Source: Octopus sinensis
Taxonomy: Eukaryota
Length of the DNA stretch: 64,000 nucleotides
Direction of reading: 5' to 3'
NCBI RefSeq assembly: GCF_006345805.1
Contig: NC_043019.1
Location: 868,001-932,000, forward strand
Each line of letters starts with the position of its first letter. Positions within the stretch are counted from its first letter, which is position 1. The notes under the pieces are model-generated. The model made no database searches. It was not told where the DNA came from and was given only the letters and a program-made list of their open reading frames with translations. Positions 1 through 9,587 of this stretch are shown here, piece by piece. The position numbers were made by a program, and so were the translations under genes.

Positions 1-105
1 TTGCCGAACCGCGCAAGTGGACGGGGACATAAACACACCAGCATCGGTTGACAAGCAATGCTGGGGGACAAACACCAGACACACAAAAAACACACGCACA
101 CACAC

Positions 106-149
<44 letters not shown>

Positions 150-306
150 ACAGGCTTCTTTCAGTTTCCGTCTACCAAATCCACTCACAAGGCATGGTCG
201 GCCCGGGGCTATAGCAGAAGACACTTGCCCAAGATGCCACGCAGTGGGACTGAACCCGGAACCATGTGGTTGGTTAGCAAGCTACTTACACCACAGCCCT
301 CCTGCG

Positions 307-309
<3 letters not shown>
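1..309 (-). mobile_element. tRNA-derived SINE family B (partial, cut by window edge)
   Basis: Head is AGGCGCAGGAGGGCTGTGTGGTAAG...GGTTCCGGGTTCAGTCCC on the minus strand, with an internal microsatellite. It matches copies at 22226, 25334 and 51995. Confidence 0.8.
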
Positions 310-372
<63 letters not shown>

Positions 373-936
373 TATATATCAATAACAGAAGAACAAATAC
401 ATTGAAGTACCTACTAATATTAATATATTAAAATATGTATAATGAAAACACAGCCAGACAGCGTAAGTGCCTGATACACGAAAAGTATAAAATTACGAAG
501 CCCCTTGACTACCCTGGAAAAAACACCGATCAATGTGTTTATCAAATAAACCAGAAAAAAACGGAGAATAACAACATGACCTTGATTTGGCAAATAGATT
601 CCTCCCTTGACCAGTAGGGTCAAAACGCCAGCGTTGAAATGTTTTTAGAACTACATCTACCACGCGGTTGAATAATGGAACACAAGTTTTCCCATTCAGT
701 TGCAATAATCCTCCATTGGAGAAAAACGGAAATTAGCAGTTAAAATGCCTAGAAGTCATTATCTAATTGTTACATCATATCACATTTGAAAATGCAAGTA
801 TGGACGCTAACAAATGGCCGAAACGACCCATAGGTAAAAAGAAGACCTTAATATGATTGCACAATGATTAAAAAGTGAATGTTCTATGCGTATTCTGTTT
901 TTTCTTAATCTATTATATGCGTGTGTGTCTACGTAC

Positions 937-990
<54 letters not shown>

Positions 991-994
<4 letters not shown>

Positions 995-1752
995 GAAATA
1001 TTCAAATTACTAAGTCTCTCTAAAAGAGAACAACGGCAGCGTTCCCGGAAAATAATAGTTATCGCCATACTAATATGGCATTCTTATAAAAATAAGAATA
1101 AGCTGTCCGCTTATTAGCTCCATGAGGCCATCGCCTTAAGTTAGCTATTTGATACACAAACTGTATCCATATAACCTTCGAACAAGGGAGGTCAGTCGCT
1201 CCACACTACTTGACCGGCAGCTACAGACGCGTTTCGGGGTATTGCCCCTTTTCAATGTAGCGTAGCCAGACCAGTAGGTGTCGCTTCTGACAATCTCTGT
1301 TCGAAGGTTTTATTTACCTAGCTTCGGTGGAATACATCCACCTGTTTTCAATAATAGAAATATTAAAATTACTAAGTCTCTCTAAAAGAGAACAACGGCA
1401 GCGTTCCCGGAAAATAATAGTTATCGCCATACTAATATGGCATTCTTATAAAAATAAGAATAAAGCTGTCCGCTTATTAGCCCCATGAGGCCATCGCCTT
1501 AAGTTAGCTATTTGATACACAAACTGTATCCATATAACCTTCGAACAAGGGAGGTCAGTCGCTCCACACTACTTGACCGGCATCTACAGACGCGTATCGG
1601 GGTATTGCCCCTTTTCAATGTTCGAAGGTTATATGGATACAGTTTGTGTATCAAATAGCTAACTTAAGGCGATGGCCTCATGGAGCTAATAAGCGGACAG
1701 CTTTATTCTTATTTTTATAAGAATGCCATATTAGTATGGCGATAACTATTAT
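991..1752 (-). mobile_element. Penelope-like pseudo-LTR array: tandem 362-bp unit, partial second unit, then an inverted partial copy
   Basis: Unit 1 spans 991-1352 and unit 2 spans 1353-1620. 1619-1752 is the reverse complement of the unit's first part. The unit contains a hammerhead motif. Tandem plus inverted pLTRs are characteristic of PLEs. Confidence 0.7.
1220..1261 (-). ncRNA. Minimal type I hammerhead ribozyme motif (U3-A8 core variant)
   Basis: Minus strand: GCTACA-TTGAAAA-GGGG(CAATA)CCCC-GAAA-CGC-GTC-TGTAGC. It has a 6-bp stem I, a 4-bp stem II, a palindromic stem III and a GUC cleavage triplet. Confidence 0.75.
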
Positions 1753-1784
1753 ATAATATATATATAGTATATATATATATATAC

Positions 1785-1873
<89 letters not shown>

Positions 1874-1944
1874 GTTATATATATATGTTATATATATATG
1901 TATATATATATATGTATGCATATATATGTATATATATAGTATAT

Positions 1945-1999
<55 letters not shown>

Positions 2000-2044
2000 G
2001 TATATATATATATATATGTATATATATATGTATATATATATGTA

Positions 2045-2097
<53 letters not shown>

Positions 2098-2103
2098 TAT
2101 ATG

Positions 2104-2201
2104 GAAGGAGCTTCTACAGGACTAGAACTGTTTCATTCAAGAGAAATCTTCAGGAAGATTTCTCTTGAATGAAACAGTTCTAGTCCTGTAGAAGCTCCTT
2201 C
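2104..2201. repeat. Perfect fold-back palindrome (48-bp arms, 2-nt loop) with a hammerhead-like core at the apex
   Basis: 2104-2151 is the exact reverse complement of 2154-2201. The minus strand reads CTGAAGA-TTTCTCTTGAAT-GAAACAGTTCTAGTC across the apex. Confidence 0.85.
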
Positions 2202-2291
2202 TATATAATAAATTAATTTTACTCTACTATGTATGAGTACCTTATTTACTGTGGTTACCCCGAATCAACCCGGGACCTACATATATATATA

Positions 2292-2334
<43 letters not shown>

Positions 2335-2386
2335 ATGTATGTATGTGTATATACATATGTATATGCACACACATTTATACATATCA

Positions 2387-3535
2387 TTTACATTAATCAA
2401 AGGACACATTAAAGTGTCTACCCACTCGAAATAGGAGTTAAAGCCCTCATTTTGACCACCAAAAGTATTTGCACTGAAAACAACATATTCAACAGTATAC
2501 AGGCGAGCGACCCGAAAAAATCAGATACCATTATAGCATAAATCTATATATTTAATAGAAGAGGTATATATCCGAACCGGTTTCTTGTTTGGTAGAAAGA
2601 CCTACCCTTCTTCAGCACAGCTTAACCCTTTGAAATATATTTCCAGTCCGCCAGGTTGAAATGTGCTGGCGTCCTTACTTGCTTAGCGCCGAATTGTGGG
2701 TAGTCTCAGTGTGGAAAAGACCAATCAGCACCAAAAATATCCAGAAGCGAATATTTATATAGATATTATTATCGAAGGCAATACAAACAATTTACAATAG
2801 CAACAATATTAATATAGGTAGTTGCAGGCCTACATCAGACTTATCACGGATCACCATCAGATGTTGTTACACATCGCTGGTCACAATGCGTTCGCATTGT
2901 TTTAGCCTTCAAATGACGCCCCCCCCCCGCTGGCTAAGCGAGCAGGCCAACAGAAGAAAGAGTGGGAGAAAAAGTGGTGAAAGAGTACAGCAGGGATCAC
3001 CACCCCCTGCCGGAGCCTCGTGGAGCCTTTTTAGGTGTTTTCGCTCAATAAACACTCACAACGCCCGGTCTGGGAATCGAAACCGCGATCCTGCGACCGC
3101 GAGTTCGCTGCCCTAACCACTAGGCCATTGCGCCTCCACACATCAGCATTATATAGCTATAGAATTAAGTTTACATTAATCAAAGGACACATTAAAATGT
3201 CTTCTCGCTAGAAATAAGAGTTAAAACCCTTATTTGGACCACTCAAAGATATTTACACTGAAAATAACAGATTCAACAGTATACGGGTTGGCGAACTGAG
3301 AAAATCTCTCACATACCTATTTGTCCAAATGAGGGTTTTAACTCTTATTTCTAGCGAGTAAACACTTTATTGCGTCCGTTGAGTAATGTAAATTAAAATC
3401 TATAGCTATATAATGCTGATTTAAGCCTGCAACCACCTATATTAATATTGTTGGTATTATAGACTATTTCTGTTGCCTTCGATAATAATTACAATATTAA
3501 TATCTATGTAAATATTCGCTCCTGAATATTTTTGC
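2387..3535. repeat. Tandem plus inverted pLTR-like repeat cluster with a SINE insertion
   Basis: 2387-2522 is similar to 3171-3306. 3320-3535 is an inverted copy of about 2735-2838 joined to 3140-3240. A degenerate hammerhead-like motif lies at 2574-2615 on the minus strand. Confidence 0.55.
2839..3139 (-). mobile_element. tRNA-derived SINE, family C head with tail type 2, 7-bp TSD
   Basis: The head has A- and B-box-like motifs. ACATCAG is duplicated at 2832-2838 and 3140-3146. Confidence 0.8.
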
Positions 3536-3622
3536 TACTGATTTTATACATACATACATACATACATATATACATACATACATACAAGCATGCATACATA
3601 CATACATACATACATACATACA

Positions 3623-3658
<36 letters not shown>

Positions 3659-3871
3659 TATACATACATACGTAAATGTCGAACGTTGAGAGTGAATGCT
3701 GAACAATTTTTTAGAGGACGATTAAAAAAAATTGGATAAAGGTTACCATTGGTTTCATGTGATGAAAAATACCCAATTTTTCAAGCCGATCACTTGGACG
3801 AATGTCTCCTCCATGCGATTGGATGGAAATTAAACACCTCCCCCATATATATATATATAATAATATATATA

Positions 3872-3906
<35 letters not shown>

Positions 3907-5430
3907 GCATTCGTTATATCATAATTCTATATACTTATCTAAATGCATGTAGCCGTTCTCAGTTTATTTAAAATTTAATTTAATTGCGTGAACCTTACTT
4001 ACAAGCCTTTACTTACGCTAAACCCTATTGCTGAGTTCTAAGAGATATAAGCATATCCGTTATTGTTACTTGCCTGGAAATTTCAGACTCTCATGTTTGC
4101 TAAAATGCAAATGAACTTGGAAACTTACGCGTGCTAGTACTTGAAATAATAACCACCTGTTTTGTTTCAATCATTCATCAATTGCTCCTGGGCATTTAAT
4201 TTCAAACTCAGACTAAAAAGGAAATTTTAATTAATTAATAATTTTTTTTAGGGCGATACTAAGTACATGACATTTTAAGTTAATTTCATTTCTAAATGAA
4301 GACAAGCCGAAATAAAAGCAGAAAAAACATTTGGACTTCTTGTTAGAAACAGCTAATAAATCACCCTCAAATCGCAACGTAGAATAATTAAAGAATGTAA
4401 GATGTCTAAAATATCAAACGTATTTTCCTTTTCATCTCTATCTACTAATAAGTGTACACTTATTTATTTATCATATTTTAACGATTTCAGGCATTGGACT
4501 GCAGCCATGCTGGAGCAACGCCTGCAATGTTATTTATATATAATGATTAGATCAAATTTTGGCACGTTGCCTGTTGCATCTTTCTTCTTTCTTGGAAGAT
4601 TCGATATCCAAGGTAGATATTAGTTTAAGATTAAATAATGTATTAATGAGTGGATATCTATTAATAAATACCAGCTCACACGACAGTGATGCCAATGCAT
4701 ACGTTCCCTCTCCAACATTCAAGCAAATACGCAGAAATATGCACAAACACATACACCTATACATATATGTACACATACATACATACTTACATACATACAT
4801 ACATACATACATTCATACGTACATACATACATACTTACATACATACGTACATACATACATAAGCCTCTATATATTGCAAGCAGGGGAACGAAACCCTACC
4901 ATTCTCTAGCAGAGGACGGGATCATGAGACCGAGCGGTCTCGGTCTACTTGTGACCAACTTCATTCGTGAACACCCGACGGCTAGAAATAGCAGGAATCC
5001 AGCTCGAAATCCATAGAAAATAAAGCGACCATCAATCACTGATCCGACAACAAGCAAAGTAGCGAGTTAGAAAGTCTGAATAAGAGATGGAAGTAGTAAC
5101 CATACTAAAAAGTAAATTTTTTCGTCACACCAATATGACTATTCGACGTTACTACCGTTTTCACTCCAGGCCTTGGTTTAAACGATAGTAACGCCGAACA
5201 ACCATACTGATGAGGTTATAAATATTACTTCTTAGTATAGATAGTACTTTCATCTCTTATTGGCAGACGATCTTTCTGGGGTTGAAACAGTAAGAGTGTC
5301 GAACAACCATATTGATGTGGTAATAAACAATACATCTGGATATTAAATTTCAACTGTCCACGCAAAAGGTCTACCTATGAGAGACACTTACCAACGTATT
5401 ATACAAGCGTGTTCAAATCAAGAGCGATAA

Positions 5431-6683
5431 ACTGGGTTGGCAACTAAGTTCCCGCTGTTTTTTTTAAATTTTGGAATCTATTTTTTTCGAGAATATTTTT
5501 CTGAATCATTTTGGAATTTATTTTGCTTTTTTCTAGTTAATTTTAGTTAATTTTTGTTTATTTTTAGATCATTCAAATGGAATGTCAAGTTAAGAAAAAC
5601 GAGCATTTTCAACACCTTCTTTTTGCTTTTAATCAAAGTTCTAAGGCCGCGAAAACTGCTTGCGACATTCGTTCTGTGTATGGAGAGGGTGCCATGGCTG
5701 AAGAACCACTCGTTATTGGTATGCCAAGTACAAAAATGGAAATTTTCATCTCAAAGACGCACCTCGTTGTGGCCGTCCTATTGAGTTCGGTGACGATCGC
5801 TTAAACCAACTTCTGCACGTAAATTCTCGTCAAACGACAAGGGACCTGGCAGAGAATATGGAATGCTCCCACACTGCTATAGAGAAGCATCTTCACTCGA
5901 TGGGAAAGGTTCAGATGTATGGAGCTTGGGTTCCGCATGCTTTAAGTGACAACAACAAAATCAACGAGCCACAATCTCCACTGGTTTGCTTGCTCGTCAC
6001 CGCTCAATTCATGGACACAAGCAACGATTTCTTTACCGAATCGATACTGGCGAAGAAAAATGGTGCATGTACATCAATATGAAGCAGCGTAAGGAATGGC
6101 TTAGCCCCGATAAACAAGTGGCACCGCGCGTGAAACAAGATCTTCATCCGCGTAAAACGATGTTGTGCGTATGGTGGGACCGGATTATCCATTACGAATT
6201 CCTTGAACGGAACCAAACGTTCAACGCGGAACTCTATGTTCAACAGATGGAAGGACTCAAAACGGCTGTTCAAGAGAAAAAACGTGATCGGCAGCATGGA
6301 GTTCTTCTGCTGCACGACAACACCAACCCTCATATCGCCGATATGACCAAGGAAGCCATTCGAACGCATGGCTGGGAAGTGCTGCAACACTTGCCGTGCT
6401 CTCTTGATTTGGCACCAACGGATTTCTACCTCTTTCGATCTCTTTCAAATGCTATGCTCCGAGTTTCGCTTAATACTGATGCAGAAATGAGAGACCGGTT
6501 GGATCAATTTTTCGAGTGGAAATCGGGTGATTTCTATCAACGAGGTATTGAAAATCTTGTTGAACGTTTGGAAGGAGTTGTGAAGAACAAGGGTGAATAC
6601 TTTATTGATTCATTAGTTGTTATTTTTAATTAAGACTTTAAAAAATTTAAATAAATAAAAACGGCGTGAACTTAGATGCCAAC

Positions 6684-6688
<5 letters not shown>
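5431..6688 (+). mobile_element. Full-length, inactive mariner (Tc1/mariner DD34D) DNA transposon
   Basis: Imperfect ~28-bp TIRs: ACTGGGTTGGCAACTAAGTTCCCGCTGT at 5431 and ACGGCGTGAACTTAGATGCCAACCTAAT ending at 6688. A (TA)n tract follows the right end. An internal transposase is present. Confidence 0.92.
5577..6633 (+). pseudogene. Frameshifted mariner transposase
   Basis: Split over three frames (ORFs at 5577, 5858, 5986). Motifs: WVPHAL, TGEEKW (catalytic D changed to E), LLLHDN, and CSLDLAPTDF (degenerate YSPDLAPSD). Confidence 0.9.
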
Positions 6689-6757
<69 letters not shown>

Positions 6758-6774
6758 TATATATGTACCGGAGT

Positions 6775-6964
6775 ATATATATATATATATATATATGTAC
6801 CGGAGTAAATGTGAAACAAGGTGGAAAAAAGAGTACTCAAATACCAGTGGTAGAGTAATATGCTTTATTTCAAGCAGCAGAAAATTCAACAAAATCTGTT
6901 ACTCTGAGTTTCTCGTTGCCGTTCATCAGACAGTTTTTGCTAGCAAAAACTGTCTGATGAACGG
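6775..6964 (-). mobile_element. Penelope-like pLTR fragment ending in a 46-bp perfect palindrome
   Basis: The same family recurs at 28477-28580. The palindrome spans 6919-6964 and a hammerhead motif is present. Confidence 0.65.
6891..6938 (-). ncRNA. Minimal type I hammerhead ribozyme motif (canonical CUGAUGA core)
   Basis: Minus strand: AAAAACTGT-CTGATGA-ACG(GCAA)CGA-GAAA-CTCAGAG-TA-ACAGATTTT. Stem I is CTGT/ACAG with an extension, the triplet is GUA, and there is an A-A mismatch at the base of stem II. Confidence 0.7.
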
Positions 6965-7367
6965 TGTGTGTGTGTGAATATGTGTATCTTTGCGTCTGTA
7001 TCTGTCCTCACCACCGCTTGACAACCGGTCTTGGGGTGTATGGCCCCGTTACTTAGCGATTCAGCAAAAAGAAACCGGTAGAATAAGTACAAATGCTTAA
7101 AACAATATGTCCTAGGATCAATTTGTTCGACTGGAAAAAGCCTTCGAGGCGGTGCCCAAGCATGGGCGCTGTCAAGTGACTGAAACAAGTAGAAAAAAAA
7201 CTATTAAGCATGATAAACATAAATGAAAATGAGCTTTTTAAAAAATAATTGGGAGATTTCACTGAAATAGATACTAAATTCTAGAAGACCTTGAGCATTG
7301 TTTTAGTACAATAATCCTTAAACGAAGCATTCAATTATCGTTTCAATGTTCTCAAAGTATCTAATAA

Positions 7368-7805
7368 TTAGCAGTATAGACCGGCGTTGCTCGTGTTTCT
7401 TTTTTATTTGCGCTTAAAACGTCAGATTTCATGTCACGTTAACTGAGTTTAGAATTAGAATTTTTAAAAAGTAAAAATTTTGCGTTATGTAGCTTGGTAT
7501 TCTCCTTAAGGGAACATTTTCCTGGTTGAAAACACCGGGAAATGGCGACACAGCAGTCAAAATAAATCGTAAAAAATAGGGATTTTCATAGAAAAAAAGC
7601 ACCTTTTTGATGTAAATAATTTTTGGTGATAACAAGGTCCGAATTGAACTTTTTCTTCTTCGGACGGAAGAGCAAGCCTTCTTTTATCATGGTGTTAATT
7701 TTGGTCAACTTGCACAGTAGGGTCTCGGAGGAGATAGTGTTAGTTGAAGGCTACCAGACCTGCCACACACACACACACAGACAACTTCAGCTTTATGTAT
7801 ATAGA
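7368..7805 (-). mobile_element. Non-autonomous Helitron-like element
   Basis: On the minus strand it starts TCTAT and ends CGAGCAACGCCGG...ACTGCTAA (CTRR end), matching the 3' ends at 28462 and 28964. Confidence 0.55.
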
Positions 7806-8147
7806 TTAATGTTAAAATGTAGTGTTTGTTTTCGCTAAGGGTGTTCTGTTTGTGATAAACGTACTTCAGCATACTTTCTTTTTTGTACATCGTTTTCGCA
7901 TTTTTTTGTCTTTCATTAAAATATTTGATATACGTCATATCTTGCAATTTTATATTTATGCATCGTGCATCAGAAACAAGTTTTCTTTGTTTCAAAATTT
8001 AGTTGTGTGTCATCAAATTATCAATTATATTTTGATTCATGTAGCAATTATATTAAATTTTACAAAAGGATATCTGATAATTAATGAAATGACAAATTAC
8101 ATTTCTATATAATGAAAAATTAGCAAATAAATAAATAAACATTAGTG

Positions 8148-8187
<40 letters not shown>

Positions 8188-8473
8188 GGTGTGTGTAGGT
8201 ACGTATGTATGTATGTATGTATGTATGTACGTATGTATGTATGTATGTACGTAAGTATGTATATATATATATTATATATATATATATATATATACATATA
8301 ATACTTGTAAAAAGAATAATTAATCACAAGAAAGTCAGTGACAACAATTATTGAAAGAAGAATTTCAAACTTTGGCAGATATTCTCATTTTAAGAACCAT
8401 CTCTGGTTAAATCTTGAGAGGTCGTTGGTGTTGCTTTGGTGGAGGTTTGCGCTACCTGAGTGCTCTTGTTGTT

Positions 8474-8523
<50 letters not shown>

Positions 8524-8659
8524 TATCATCATCATCATCATCCTTTCATCCTTTTTGTCTCAATAAAATAGATACCTTTTGAACACTGATGGCGATGTAA
8601 TCCTCTCGCTTCTTTGTCCCCAAATTTCAGAGCACGTGTCTATATTAAAATGGAAGACA

Positions 8660-8886
8660 GACAGACAAGAACAGACAAACGGATTAAGTCGATTACATTG
8701 ACCCCAGTGCGTAACTGGTACTTAAATTATCGACCCCAGTGCCTAAGTGGTACTTAATTTATCGACCGCGAAACGATTAAAGGCAAAGTCGACCTCGGCG
8801 GAATTTGAACTCAAAACGTAACGGCAGACAAAAAATCGCTAAGCATTTCGCCCGGCGTGCTAACGCATCTGCCAGCTCGCCGCCTT
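8660..8886 (-). mobile_element. SINE family A copy
   Basis: Reverse complement of the AAGGCGGCGAGCTGGCAG...GAGTTCAAATTCCGCCGAGGTCGACTTTGCC consensus. Confidence 0.8.
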
Positions 8887-9479
8887 ACTTGCAAGGAAAC
8901 CTGTGTTAGAGCGGAATTCACACAGTGCATGAAGATTGCGTTGTAACGAATAATTAGTTATAACCAGATTACCAGATATTTTGAGCATTAGTTAGCTATT
9001 GTTCCGTTTCTCTAGATGATACTAAAAAGAATTCAAAACGAATCTAAAGATCATCATTTTATTATTTTTATTCTTTTTTGATATCTGCATGATAAAATAC
9101 AAAAGAAAGAAAGTAGAAATACGTTCACATATAAAATAATATAAAATAGTCTTCCGTATTTCATAGTTAATTCATTGCGCATAAGAGATACCATCACTGG
9201 ACGGATCCCGCAGTACATTTGCTTTACGCAATGACTTTCAATGAGATAATTGCTAATTTAATCTAATTATATTTGTGTTGCGTATATACGAACTTTTGTT
9301 CAGTCGGACGGGTAATTGTAACATCAGTGATCTATCAATCACTGTTTTGTTATATATATATAGCAACAGCGGTGGTGTTTATCTTAGCATGTGGTCATCT
9401 GGGAGTACATGACACTGAAACACATCAACGAAGCACAAAGGCACACATGCACTCACTGGTTTTTAGTCCAATAGCTATA

Positions 9480-9587
<108 letters not shown>

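Noticed and set aside
5185-5345. Two ~38-bp imperfect direct repeats (CGAACAACCATA.TGATG.GGT), one containing CTGATGA
   Set aside because: No GAAA or stem structure follows, the reading frames have stops, and no function can be inferred.
8475-8540. Poly-His ORF (8338-8571)
   Set aside because: A (CAT)n microsatellite with non-conserved-looking flanks.
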